A DNA stretch of 64,000 bases from Lingula anatina (GCA_051362555.1 CM120641.1:36772401-36836400); one strand, 5' to 3'. Counted from the stretch's first letter, positions 14,421 through 26,831 are shown. Made by a program: numbers and translations. The notes: generated from the letters alone by a model not told the origin.

Positions 14421-15813
14421 CTTCCTGAGACATCTGCGTGATGTTGAGATTTTAGAATTAATTGCTGCATTGACTTGTATAGCATTCAATCCTAATTTGG
14501 ACATTCCATAGACTGAATAAAAAAAGAGAATATAAAGTGGCTGCAATTTATCAAACTAATAAAATTAATATTCAAACTGGCAATTCTTTTAATCAATTAT
14601 ACATCATATTTAGACTTAAATTATGCTTAGTTACTTCAATAATATATCCCTCTTCTTATATGAAATTTACAACATTAAAATAGGCCTTATTTTATCAATA
14701 ACAGATAACATAAAAAAAGTAATGGCACAATATATACATATTCTTACAGCTGAAAATAAAAACATACTCTGTAGAGCCTTTGCCACTGGGGAGTCCTTCA
14801 AAAAGGAAACAGCAGTTTTTGAGGCAAGTTCGTGTGGGGTAAAAAAGCCATCAAACAACTTCTTCAAAACAAAGCTGCTAGGCTTATTGGTGCATTTTGA
14901 CAGTGTTTCCATAAGCCATTCTGATTCTACTACCAGGTCTGTCCCCTCTAGTCTGGTCATGCCAGGGTCAACCTCTTGTCCACTCTCCAATATCACCTGA
15001 AAAATTATTTGTCCATTTAACTTCATGATGACCAAAAGCTGTGAAAGCAAGAGAAATTTGACCTATCTTAGGAATCAAGATTAAGGAAATGACCTGGTGA
15101 CATACCAGACAAAAGTGGGTATAAATAACATATGACAATTAACAGTATTACAGTATTAACAGTATTTTACTGAAGCTAAAATATGCTTACAAAGTTTGCT
15201 TGCTCAATTCTAAGTCCTCTGCTGGGCTGGTATTTTTCTGTGTTTGGGTTCAGGTCCACACTGGGTGTCAAAAGCTGTTCTGAAATTGAAATGTAAAAAT
15301 CAGATAAAATATGTGATACTCTTTAGCACTTGAACATACACTTCTTTGTAGTCCCTCCAAATCAAATACTCATATAAATACTTCTTTTTAGCCAAATTTA
15401 TTTTGGTTAATAAGGATTTGACTGAAAAATGTACTGGAAAATTTTATAAAATTTTTTTGCACTAAAAAGCAATTTTAACAAAATGGATACATACCATATT
15501 TCAGCTGCAGCTCAGCATAGTCTACACATTTCTTTATGTTGTCTTTCCTCAGCGTCTCAATGGCTGTTGTAGCCTCTTGCAGTTTTTGCTGCAGCGAGAT
15601 GCATTCATTACACCCATTAGTGTCCAGCATGAGAAAGGCACAGCTGTGCATTGTAGTAGTATGATGATGCTGGGCCAGGCTGGGGGTGGTAGGAAGGGGC
15701 TGGGTCAGGAGTGCATAAGAAACAGGTGTAGGGCCTGTAGAGGGAGCTGGTGGTGGGAATCCCAAGATGTCAGAAGTTGAAGATGTAGTGGGTGCAATTA
15801 CTCCTATGCCCTT
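14421..15813 (-). CDS. Four-exon coiled-coil + BEN-domain module (exons 15495-15813, 15191-15279, 14768-14996, 14421-14512)
   Basis: GT-AG exons join in frame (phases 0/1/0/1/0): LQQKLQEATTAIETLRKDN coiled coil, then KPSSFVLKKLFDGFFTPHELASKT..VAKALQIYG..VNAAINSKISTSRR, which resembles a BEN domain. The last donor is phase 0, so it can join 14097 (LE*) or 12711. Confidence 0.7.
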
Positions 15814-16179
15814 CTGATAAAGAAAAAAAATTCAAATTTAGTTACAGTTAAATAGTCTTTTTGATTGTAAGTAATGTCAATTTGATGTCACAAATTTTGC
15901 AGGGGGTTTTCAGTACTCAACACTCAATCATTACTTCAAATTGGGAACGAGGGCATTTGCTACTTTCATATAAACTGAGAAATCTAATTTTGTGGGCTAA
16001 TGTCCACTGCACACTTAACACCCTTGTACAAATTGTACTCATTACCAGTGCAAAATTCTCGCTGGACGTCTGTGTTGTAATACCAGAACCATCTATTACA
16101 GCCCACAAGTTAATCCATTTGTCTTCAGCGCTCTTCGCACAGCTAGCAACTCTGTGTGGCACCAAAGGGCTTAACGCTC

Positions 16180-16360
16180 GTTATGCTGTCTGTTTTCGCT
16201 TGCATTATCTCTTTGGCAATCATGTCACGTGATTAGGTTGGGTTTTGCAAAAATGCGCACAGGCATATCACAACGCAGAGAGAGCAATTACGTCAGAGCA
16301 ATGGACTGTCCTGATTACTGTCAGGAAAAATTGTGCGGGACTTGGCGAGTGCTTATACCT
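16180..16360. promoter_or_regulatory. Local CpG-enriched promoter-like patch with E-box GTCACGTGA and NRF1-like TGCGCACAGGCA
   Basis: Motifs at ~16224 and ~16254 in otherwise CpG-poor DNA, just upstream of the BEN module. Confidence 0.4.
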
Positions 16361-18025
16361 GGTGAGAAATGTAAAGTGTGACCAACCCTTAAAATATTGC
16401 TCGGATATACTCACAGGGTAAGGGGACAAAAAGTCCACAGAATCAGTCAGAAAAATACCTGTGAATATCTTGTGAAAGATAAATCCTTGGTCCTGGTAGA
16501 GGGTATAGAAACTGTATGCAACAAACAAGCCCCCAAAATAAACTATATAAATATTCAAAAGATGGTGTTTATAAAGTTGTACCAGTAATTTAATTTACAC
16601 AAACAATAGTTAATATATATTTCCTTTTGGTTAAAAATATTGTTTTTCCAATATCTTTATCAGTTTTTCATACTAGGATTAATTAATACTGTAATATGAT
16701 TTGTGTATTTAGTAATACTGCCTCATATTATATTTCACGCACAATGCTTATCAGTATCTGTAAAAATCCTATAAAAAACCAGATTTATCTCCAATTGTTC
16801 ATATTCTAACAAACAGAGACTCCCTTACTTATAATCAATTCCTCTTATTGGATATAATTATCACTTTCATCTTATTTTGATTTAACTGATTTTCGTCTAC
16901 AACTGTTAATCTTTCACCCTTGCTACAGGATATATACAAGAACTAAGAACCAATCAAAACCCAAAATATTTCTCACTTCATTTTCATTTCTTTTATAAAA
17001 TGGTTTGTTTAAATGCAACATACATTATTCTGATTTCTCAAGTATCAAAATACATCCTTCCCATTCCCTTACTTCTCAAACTTTGCCAATTCAAAGAAAG
17101 TATTATCAACATGTTATTAATTAAAATTACAGATCCTCATAGTCATAGATATACTTAATAAATTGCCTAGACAGAATACATACACTCTGGTTGGTTCATG
17201 ATGCGCTTATAGTCAACAGCACACTCACTCCTCCTTTGGAATTTAATGTTAATGTTTGTTTTTCTGGTCTGCTTTGCCCCAGTGCCTGTTTTCACTCACA
17301 TAGTCCTCCTTTGTTTATATTTTTTCTTCGTGCCAGTTTGCTGCTAATCTAAAGCATTGTTTATCACATCGCCATACTATTTGTTGAGGTTATATAAACC
17401 TTATCCTAAAATCCTGCATCTCATGCTTTTTTTTTTATTTATGACGACTTTCAAGATCCTTCTTTTGCAAGACTGTTAAAAATATTTTTTTGATCTCAAG
17501 GATACTTAAGAGTAGCAATATAAATTTGTTTAAGAATCATATCTTCTGCATTGAACTTTTTAATGAATGCTTTCCTCTAGAAGTATTAGCAAAATACACG
17601 CATTTCTTACTGCACATCTGCCACTGTAACAGCTTGGCTTAATATTTTGGTATCTGTATATTAAATACTATGAACTCTGAACATAATATAGGGCTTAGAC
17701 TTATTAAGGATCAAGTAAAAAGTAATCAACCTTATATATGTCAGATATTTGGAAAGAAGTAAAGAAAAATAAGGTGCATGTCTTTATTAAACAATTACTA
17801 ACATCATAACTGATTACACTGATATGTTGCACAACATCTAATTAAAAGTAATATGAAACTACTGAACTAGCCAAAAAAAAAAAAAAAATGCAAAATGGAC
17901 CATAAATAAATAAATATTAAACAAACAAATAAATAAATAAAATAATAAATCAATAAAATAAATCAATAAATAATATTTAAAAGATAACATGAGGTACAGT
18001 GCATCATGAGTTTTTTCCTCTTTTA

Positions 18026-18442
18026 TTACAGAGTCAGTGATAATTCTGTTTCAATATACATCTCGCGTACTAATCTAGCATATTCATTGCCAAGAAAAGT
18101 ATCACATGCCTCTACAAAATGCAACTTGGCAGTAGTTTGTTGCTTCTGAATAAGAGGATCTGGTGTGTTAAAGACAATATTGTAAGCCTCTGATGATATG
18201 TTAAATTCTCCTGGGATTTGGATCTCTTTTGGGAGTCTTTTTGCAAACAGAAAAGACCCCCTTCCTGGGGTGGCTGCTTCAATACATTTACCTAACCCAA
18301 GTGATTCTAAATACTGCATGCATTGTTTCACTCCAGCAGACTTGAGTTTTTTCAATTTATTCATCTGCATCATCCTTGCCAATACTATAGGACCAGGATG
18401 TATCAAAATGACTCTCCCGGCAAAGACAAAATCTTGATATTC
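18026..18442 (-). CDS. Alternative terminal exon, winged-helix-like domain
   Basis: tttttcag acceptor, phase 0, EYQDFVFAGRVILIHPGPIVLAR..; selector-like gtaggttcacaggcttcac at 18820-18838. Confidence 0.75.
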   Translation of the reverse strand, partial: EYQDFVFAGRVILIHPGPIVLARMMQMNKLKKLKSAGVKQCMQYLESLGLGKCIEAATPGRGSFLFAKRLPKEIQIPGEFNISSEAYNIVFNTPDPLIQKQQTTAKLHFVEACDTFLGNEYARLVREMYIETELSLTL

Positions 18443-18857
18443 CTGAAAAAACAGTTTAATTCTATCAAGGCATTTCATTTGGGCAACATTTCATTTTTAA
18501 GAATTAATCATCACATTATATTTGCACTTCTTAGATAGTAATTATAGCAAAATCCTGCTCTTTTCTTTTGTCAGTTTAGTCCCACAAAGGTACAACACAT
18601 TTACCGAAGACATTGAGGTATCTTATGCATACTGCATATCAGTTAAGAGTGGTACTTGATCAAATGTAAAAGAACAGGATTTCATGCTATTCAAGCCTAT
18701 ACTCTACTTGCACAGCAAAAAAGTTTAAAATATCTATCTAAACTTGAAACTAGACTTGGAAAGGGATTTAGTAACAGCTATATCCTGCAGTTACCTATGA
18801 GGCAGTAAACTTAATAGTAGTAGGTTCACAGGCTTCACAAAGCATAGACTTAGGGCA

Positions 18858-19145
18858 ATCCCCAATAAACCAATTGTTTTTCGTAGGTCAATCCAAGGCT
18901 GTGGGGACTTTTGCTGAGTGCAATCATATAATCTGAATGACACACCTCCTTGAGCAGCAAGGGGTTGATTAACTTGCGTGTGCATTTGGTCGCCATCAAT
19001 ATGAAGTCAAAAAGCTTTCAGAAGCCGAGCGCACATGAAAGTTAATCAGCCCATGACTACTCCAAAAGGCGTGTCATTCAGTTTATCTGCTGCATTTAGT
19101 AAGAGTACCTATGAAGACGAATTGATCTACATAGAATGGTAGCTT
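18858..19145. mobile_element. Degenerate palindromic MITE-like element (family B)
   Basis: Inverted arms (ctgaatgacacacctcc / ggcgtgtcattcag; gtaggtcaat / attgatctac); shares ttgctgagtgcaatca with 40815-41050. Confidence 0.55.
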
Positions 19146-19839
19146 CATGATGAATGGACCCTTAAGGTCAATTCAAACCATGGTGTCTGTTATTTTAATT
19201 ATTTAAAAAATAAACGAGGAAAACCAATTTTTATCTAAAATAGAACAAACATTTGGACAATTGGTTACTTATATTTATACACAAATGGAAAAAGAAGTAA
19301 ATTTTGATGTAAATGTAGCTGCTAACTTGTGTGCGATATGAACTTAGGTTATATTTTTCAAAAATCAGACTACAGGGATTATTTACTGTCTGTGTTGAGT
19401 CTGATGAAGGTGCATTAAGTTAGTGTCAAATAATAATTCTTTGACTTTTTCCATGAACAAAAGTACAACTACAGAAATAAGTGTAATATCCCAAACCACC
19501 ACCTCTTCTCTGGTTTTTTTTTTCATTTATCCTATATATATAAACCATTCAATGCAACAAAAAGGTACATCAATTATTTCTGCTTCTATGTCTAGCCTCA
19601 ACTAAGTCAATTAAATGCTATGTTCTTATATCGTCCATGGTGGAATTTTAAAATTGTTAACAAAATTAGAGTGAAAACAACTTCCAACAAAATAAAACCA
19701 AAATGGAGGTACTGATCATTCTAAATGAACCAGATTTACTGGTGTTATTCATATTATATGTGCTACAACTTTTTATCGTTTGACTAGAAAGTGTCATTTA
19801 AATGAAGGACCAGTAGTTTTAACAGCTCTTAAATTTTGA

Positions 19840-20253
19840 CTATACACTATGAAAGAGTTCTGGATATAGCATCTTCATAAGTGCTTTCTCATGGTGGGCT
19901 TCAACCAGTTTCCGCAGTGTACTTTTAGTCAAATACCGATCTCTCTCTCTGTACTTTCTTTTGTACATTTCTGGTGTTATACAATACATTGATAATGTAT
20001 TTTCATCTATGTGGCTATTCTTCATAAAATTTTCCTTGAGCCCTAGAAAGAAGACCTGGAGTTTTCCACAGCCAATCTTCTCAAGATGTAACAAAAATTT
20101 CATGATGGTTGAAGACGTGGGACTCCGCGCTCCAAGTTTTCTCATAAATGCACGAGGATTGATGAATGGACCAGGATGCAACAGCAAATTCCTCTGGAGG
20201 ACATGCTCAGCAGAAAGCACAGAACTTGACAATACATTCTTGACTATAGGATA
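19840..20253 (-). CDS. Alternative terminal exon, winged-helix-like domain
   Basis: ttccag acceptor, phase 0, YPIVKNVLSS..LLLHPGPFINPR..HLEKIGCGK..; selector-like gtaggtg..aggtgttca at 21304-21331. Confidence 0.72.
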   Translation of the reverse strand, partial: YPIVKNVLSSSVLSAEHVLQRNLLLHPGPFINPRAFMRKLGARSPTSSTIMKFLLHLEKIGCGKLQVFFLGLKENFMKNSHIDENTLSMYCITPEMYKRKYRERDRYLTKSTLRKLVEAHHEKALMKMLYPELFHSV

Positions 20254-20389
20254 CTGGAATTTTTGAAGGAAGAAAATCTCGTATAATATGCTTATTGATA
20301 TATTTGACAAAATCCCTTAAAAACCCAACAAACAATTCCAAACACAGAGTTCTAAAAAATCAAAATCACTGCGTTAGAGTCAAAATGTT

Positions 20390-20637
20390 AGGGACCATTC
20401 CCACAGATATTTGGATCGATCTATCTCCTTGGGGAGTCTCCCTAAATTGCTATCAACTTAACTGGCTAAAATGTCTGCACTGCCTAGCCAAGTTGTTTGG
20501 GGGTAATTATCTTTACTCCCAAGCTGATTCTGTAGGTGTGACAGACAATTAAGCTGGTTAAGTAGATAGCAATTTAGTGAGACTCCCCAGGGAGTTAGAA
20601 CGATCCAGATGGATTGATCTAGGCATGGGAACCCACT
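20390..20637. mobile_element. Palindromic MITE-like element (family A)
   Basis: Long inverted arms ggggagtctccctaaattgctatc / gatagcaatttagtgagactcccc; related copies at 22264-22521 and 57848-58075. Confidence 0.75.
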
Positions 20638-21095
20638 CATAGTGAAGAGGGGCAAGATTGTTAAATGATAAAAGTTTGATCTATAGCAAAAGAAATTGAC
20701 CAAAATTTGACATTAAATGCCTTACTCACTTCATCAGGTGAGTAAAGCAAAAAATAGATATAAAGGCCTAAATTTTCCTGAATGTGGCGTGCGATGTCTA
20801 ACATTAATTTGGAGCCATTATGTGTTTTATTCAATCATTGTTTTCAAATCCAAATACAGAGTCAAACATAATAATGCTGTTCTGTTGATGATATCCCACC
20901 ATCCAGTTCTACCACAAGATCTAGGTTACCAATGGAGAGTAGTCTGTATTTAATTGTAGGCGAATTTGAAAAAAATTCTCAAACTTTGCAATTAAAAAAA
21001 AGTTGTGTGTAACTACTTTCTTGAAAATGATAAAGAAATGTAATTTCACTGTGATGCAGTTGTTTTTTTATGAAAAAAGACTTGCTTGATTCTGA

Positions 21096-21131
<36 letters not shown>

Positions 21132-21538
21132 AGAAGAAAAAAAAGGAATTACAGTGCATTTCTTAAACATGGTAACGGCCACTTATTATTACCTTGTAGA
21201 AGTAATTACAAAGGGACCTAGGAGTACACACACATGACAAGACATAAATATTCCACAGGATTCATGCAAGAATTTTTCAGTTTATATCAAAACTTAAGAA
21301 ATAGTAGGTGTGCCCACATGAAAGGTGTTCAACAGTGATCTATACTTAAGACATATACAGCCAAACTGTTATATCAGATTATATGGACATAGTTTAAGTT
21401 ATCTAATTTTATGTGTCTCTGGTGTATAAAAACTTGATCAGGATGTACTTAATATCCATTTTACTAACACAGTAAGAGAATCTAAAATATGAACATAACT
21501 GAAAAAAATCTCTAACTCTTTTGATATGGTAATATTTC

Positions 21539-21997
21539 TTATATAGAAGCCATTGGATTGGCTGGATTCTTTGGTGTGGTATCCTGGAATTCAAGGTATA
21601 GTTTTCTTAAAAAATCTGTGTGGCTCTTTCCAAAATGTTGTTCCACACTATTCATTAAATTTTCCTTCAAATTAACGGCAAGTTTTGAAAAATAATTGTC
21701 TTTCAAATAAAACTGCTGTTGGTATTCTTCATACTCAATATAATACAAAGAGTCCTTCACATCCAGAGGCGGTCTTTTCATGAAACATTGTGTGTGATGC
21801 CAGGCAACTATTATTCCTAGTCCCATGGCCTGTAGTTCTTCCAAAGCCTGATAAATGTCAGCAGATTTGAATTTCCGTATGAATGCATTTCCTCGGGCTT
21901 TGACCAAGCCTCTTACAGGCACAGCTGGTCCTGCATATCTCAAAACTGCATTCATAAGAAGTGCTTTGCTATTACTTGTTAGTGGAGTCGAAGGGAA
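21539..21997 (-). CDS. Alternative terminal exon, winged-helix-like domain
   Basis: tttttcag acceptor, phase 0, FPSTPLTSNSKALLMNAVLRYAGPAVPVR..ALEELQAMGLG..FMKRPP. Confidence 0.75.
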   Translation of the reverse strand, partial: FPSTPLTSNSKALLMNAVLRYAGPAVPVRGLVKARGNAFIRKFKSADIYQALEELQAMGLGIIVAWHHTQCFMKRPPLDVKDSLYYIEYEEYQQQFYLKDNYFSKLAVNLKENLMNSVEQHFGKSHTDFLRKLYLEFQDTTPKNPANPMASI

Positions 21998-22263
21998 CTG
22001 AAAAATATTGTGGTAGAGAAGCTACTGACACAACCATAAGAATTTGAGAGATGCAGGCATGCCTTAGATAATAACAAAACCGTACAAAACTTCAGACAAA
22101 AAGCTAATAGCAGTATATTTTCATATAATCTAATTTTATTAACATATTTCATCATTTTTTAGAATCGTATTACTGGAATGAGAAAAAGCTGCCTATTTAG
22201 CAATGAGCTTAAAAGATCTCCTCTTTGAACTGGCCAACTGCAGTGTATAAATGCAATATAGAC

Positions 22264-22521
22264 TGGGTTCCCATACCTAGATCAATCTATCAGGATCGAT
22301 CCATCTCCGAGGGGTTTCTCACTAAATTACTTTCAACTTAAGTGGCTTGGATGTCTGGGACGCCTACTGAAGCTGATAAACTATACTTAATTACCCCCTA
22401 GCAGCTTCAGTAGGCTGCTTGACAGACATCTAAACTGCTTAGGCTGATTGCAATTTAGCGAGAATCCCCTAGGAGATAGATCCATCCACAGTTAGTCCGA
22501 TAGGGTCTGGGAATGGTCCCA
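22264..22521. mobile_element. Palindromic MITE-like element (family A), inverted relative to the 20390 copy
   Basis: Ends tgggttcccatacctagatcaatc ... gggaatggtccca are the reverse complement of the 20390 copy ends; internal palindrome. Confidence 0.75.
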
Positions 22522-23217
22522 TAGACTTAAACTTGACAGAAATTATACAAATGTCGACGCAGAGATTGGAATATTATGGATAGAATGGTCAGAAATAATA
22601 ATGCTAACAGTTTGTAAATATTTGTATTTTCATGCAGAAATAAAGCCACTATTAAACATCAAACGAGAACCAAATGCATTCAGGAATCACTGATGTCAAT
22701 ACAAAATTCTCTAAGATAACTTTTGTCAGATTTATACAAATTGTTTGCTTTTAATGGGGGTGATTTTACAACAGGAGAAAATATCTTCTCTTTTCTTGAA
22801 AAATTAACTGAAAAATTGCCAAGAGGAAAGCCATTTTGTTTCAACAAATTGCTTAAACGACAGTGGCACAATAAGCTACCTTTTTACCCCCTCCCCCTCT
22901 CCTTTTTTACACATTAATTACACAGCTCAATATCAAAGAGAATATTTTTTTACTATTTCAACAAGAAGAAGATTACATAATTCTTAAAATTCAACTACAA
23001 ATCATCTTTTAACATTCAAATCAGCCTTCCCTAAATGCACAACAGCACATATCAATCTGTGGAAATAGCACAAATATCATAAACACACATTTGATTTCGT
23101 GCACAATTCATTCATACAGACACTGGTGTTGTCAAGACATGAAACACTTATCTACATGAAATTAAATCAATTAGGTCATATAATATGAGACGCTGCATTC
23201 TGCCTTGTCTGAACCAG

Positions 23218-23553
23218 CTAAAGAATAGTAATATTATGAGTTTTCTTCATGTGGTCAAGCATACTTTTGACATGTACAAACAACTGGCCGCATCCTTCAA
23301 ACTGACATGGAAACTGTTGCGTTGAACAACTGTTCTCCTGTTCAGAGTGAATACTATGCCGTGTCCGCATGTGGGAACGCATGTTATCCCAACGCAAAAA
23401 CGTATGGCCACAGCCTTCATGCAGACATGGAAATCTCGTCCGTGAACGTTTGTCACGATGGATATCAAAATGCCTTCTTAGGTGGTGAGATTTTGAGAAT
23501 CTTCTCCCACATAAATGGCAGTGGAAAGGCAAACCTGTGGCACTTTTCTTTCT
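23218..23553 (-). CDS. Alternative terminal exon, 3 C2H2 fingers
   Basis: cttctag acceptor, phase 0, RKKSATGLPFHCHLC..FPCLHEGC..FPCQFEGC; selector gtaggtgttcact 23621-23633. Confidence 0.85.
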   Translation of the reverse strand, partial: RKKSATGLPFHCHLCGRRFSKSHHLRRHFDIHRDKRSRTRFPCLHEGCGHTFLRWDNMRSHMRTRHSIHSEQENSCSTQQFPCQFEGCGQLFVHVKSMLDHMKKTHNITIL

Positions 23554-24310
23554 CTAGAAGAGATAGGGGTTTCGAGACAATGGTGCTTGTCAAAGTACAT
23601 ACAGAAAGCAAGGACAATACGTAGGTGTTCACTTAAGAAATCAAACTTGATTCTCCTTGTTAATAAAAGACAAAGGCCTTGTATGAGGTGTGAATAAACT
23701 ACACCAGAAAAAAATCAAACAAGTTGAAAATTCATGTGAAAAATGTGAAAAAAAGGTGCAAGTATTAAAATAATATCTTGTTTATTCGCTTGTGTCATAT
23801 GAAATGAAAGAAATGATACACATCAATCAGTTGTACAAAAGATGAAAATAATGAGGTAAAACATTTTAAAACAACAGCCACCCTCAGGTCCATTTAAAAA
23901 AGTTGTTATTCTAATGAGCATAAAATAATTACATACATTCTAGGTGGGTAATGTTTGGTTATATAATGAATTGCAAAATTCACTTTTAACTATGTAAACT
24001 TTTGAAGATAAATTAGGTTGATTTAAGAGCTAACCAAATTCTGTTCGATCTTATGTTTATATTGATTTTAAAGAATCTGACATAAAATTTGGATAAAAAT
24101 GATGGAGCTATTATATCTAAAATACCTTAATACAACATCACTTACTGTTTTTACAGGATAATTTTTAATGAGCGTCTTAAATTATGTAAAAAGATGTGCA
24201 TAAATTTATCAATGTCAAAAATAAAAAAACCTCTGAACTTGAACATCAATTTTAAAACCACAGAAAAAGTCCCCTGGTTAGGCATGTCTAGTCCACCATC
24301 TCTAACTAGT

Positions 24311-24514
24311 CTAATTGTGAAAATTTTTCAGATGAGTCCTCTTAAAATGCCTTCGCATGCTGTCATAGGACAGATATCTCTGCACACACCCCTGCACTGG
24401 GCACTGATACATTGGCCTCTCTTTCATTGCCTGGTGTACACTCATGTGGCGCACCAAGTGGTGCCGTAGTGCAAACCTCCGCTGACATTGCTGACACTGG
24501 TGGTAAAGGAATAC
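24311..24514 (-). CDS. Alternative terminal exon, 2 C2H2 fingers (not in ORF track)
   Basis: VFLYHQCQQCQRRFALRHHLVRHMSVH..YQCPVQGC..HFKRTH; phase 0; selector caggtgttcactgatgttca 24806-24825. Confidence 0.82.
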   Translation of the reverse strand, partial: VFLYHQCQQCQRRFALRHHLVRHMSVHQAMKERPMYQCPVQGCVQRYLSYDSMRRHFKRTHLKNFHN

Positions 24515-25773
24515 CTTTAAAAAAGAGACCCTACCCTTAATAACAGACAGGACTTAACACCTGGCAATTAAAACAGTTTAAGAACAGGAAAAAATCCAAA
24601 TAAACATATATTTCTAAAGCATACTGGTTATTTTGAGGGCTTCTCTAAACTACCTTAGAGACAGCTGATTTAGATAAGCGACTGTCCTCATCTAACATCA
24701 AGACTTGCATTACAATTTTTCTTTTGAATGTGTTTCTATGGACTTGATGGATCTCCAGGAAGAAGAAGATATTTGTGCCCCACTTAGTTAATTCTTAAAA
24801 CATTTCAGGTGTTCACTGATGTTCAAATCAACAAGTGGTGTTTGTGTTTTAACTGCTTTACTCAGTAAGCTATCCATGATAACAATATTTATTACAAGAC
24901 CATGCTATTTGCCTTTTTGGAGAAATCTTAAAAAGGATATGGAAAATGCCACTAATCAGTGGCCTACCTTCATACAGAAAGATTTGGTTAAGAAGATTCT
25001 GCTACTTGGGTAAAATAATTTTAGAAGTTCACAAGAACAATTTTGGAGAAAATTTATTCTGAGATGAAATATCAAAATAATTATTATTCATTCCAGCTTT
25101 TTGGTGCTTCTTTTTACACAATCTAAATTACAAAGATTTATTTAAAAAAAACACTATTTTAGTGAATGTTTCACTGATGCTGAGGTCAGGCTATTTCTCA
25201 TGGATGAGACATGTACAGTAGACACACACACACACCACATACTGTATGAGCAGTTGGAATCTTTATGATAGCATGACTGTTTGCAATAGGTCAATGAAAC
25301 ATGAACGAACCATGAGTCTCGGGGCAAAAGAAATCTGAATTCAGCAAGAATCTGAATTATCTCATGCTATTTAAAAAACAGAATTATCTTTAAGTGTGAT
25401 AAAAATTTGATCCAATGCAGAGTGGACTCCTGTCTCAAAAGCAAGTGTTCTTCTCAGAAGTTGGACTACTTGAATCCCTGTAATCCTTCAGTTTCTGAAC
25501 CAACAATGATGTTAGAAGCTACAAATTCATCAGTTTCCTTCTGGAGAAGCAGATTCCTTGAAAGAGGTAAAACAGAAGGTAAATGACTTATGAACTGAGG
25601 AATAATTTCAAAAATACTGTTTATAATGAAAAAGACTTGGGAGATCAAGTGTATGATTTAATTACTAAATGCCTGATACAGCAGCAAACATCACAAAACA
25701 TTAGAAATTTCCTTAAAAACAATAATTTTCTCAATCAATATCTCATTCTGAATTCTACGCTTTTTAGAAAAAC

Positions 25774-26022
25774 TTATAAAATGCTACCAATTTTATTTAC
25801 TGATGTGGAATTTAATGAATTCACTTGGAAGAAGGTTCCAAATGTATACCTGAGATGAAGTGTTCGGATGTGGACCTTCAGATTATCTTTTCTCTTGAAC
25901 ATACTATGGCAGATGCCGCACCTAAAGCGGAGACTCGTGTGCTGTTCTTGCATGTGGCGTTTCAGGTCCATTTTGCGGTTGAGTCTTATGTTACAAATAC
26001 CACACTCAGTGTCTATTAGGGC
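25774..26022 (-). CDS. Alternative terminal exon, 2 C2H2 fingers
   Basis: ALIDTECGICNIRLNRKMDLKRHMQEQH..FRCGIC..; phase 0; selector ctgtaggt..ggtgctcacca 26108-26136. Confidence 0.83.
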   Translation of the reverse strand, partial: ALIDTECGICNIRLNRKMDLKRHMQEQHTSLRFRCGICHSMFKRKDNLKVHIRTLHLRYTFGTFFQVNSLNSTSVNKIGSIL

Positions 26023-26660
26023 CTGGCAGAAAGACAGCTGTGAATGGAATGGCTAATATGGACTATCTAATTCATTTTCTCTTTGAAAAAATGTACAAGT
26101 CCAGTTCCTGTAGGTTTCTATACATGGTGCTCACCAAGACCAAGTCACATTCAGTCACTCAGTAGTGATCATATTTTCAGACACAAGGGTAATAGAGGAG
26201 GTAGAGAGAGGTGAGAAGTTTGGTTAGCTTTATATTTTATTAAGACAACAAGTACAAATAAAATTAAACGTACTTCATGCATTATATGCCTAAGCACCAC
26301 CAAAAATATACACACGTAAAATAAATCCTGATATCCTACAGTTAATCCAAGATCTAATTAGCATGATTATCTTCAGAGCAGAGCCTGTGTAAAAACTAAG
26401 CTATCTGGGTCATCTATTAGCTCAACAACATTATTTTTAATTCAGAACAAGAGAGAAAGAAGTTATCTTTTTTGAACCACTATAATTCCAGTTCCCATGC
26501 TGGCTTAAAACAAGTAATATATTAAAATATATTAATATTATTATTATCATATGCACACATACCTAAATAAAGCTATGACAATAAAAACAAGACTATCACC
26601 AAGCCTTTCAAATGTCACGTCAAACCCATCTTTAAAATAGTAACAAGCTTCTGGTGGTTC

Positions 26661-26831
26661 CTACTTGTGAACTGTTCTTATGTGATTTTTAAGATGATCT
26701 TTACGTTTAAAGGCATGGTCGCATATGTCACATGTGTAACGAATGGCGGTGTGTTGTTCCTTAATGTGACGGCTAAGATCGGCTCTTCTGCGTACAATTG
26801 TACTGCATACTGGACATTCCACGGTACTTCC
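26661..26831 (-). CDS. Alternative terminal exon, 2 C2H2 fingers (not in ORF track)
   Basis: GSTVECPVC..LSRHIKEQH..YTCDICDHAFKRKDHLKNHIRTVHK*; phase 0; selector aggtgttcaccagtgctcac 26925-26944. Confidence 0.85.
   Translation of the reverse strand, partial: GSTVECPVCSTIVRRRADLSRHIKEQHTAIRYTCDICDHAFKRKDHLKNHIRTVHK

Noticed and set aside
15917-16165. 82-aa ORF as first coding exon of the BEN module
   Set aside because: No ATG start, no recognisable domain and no clear compatible donor; left unannotated.
20295-20703. Mirror ORFs on both strands sharing PWGVSLNCY
   Set aside because: Artefact of the palindromic MITE.
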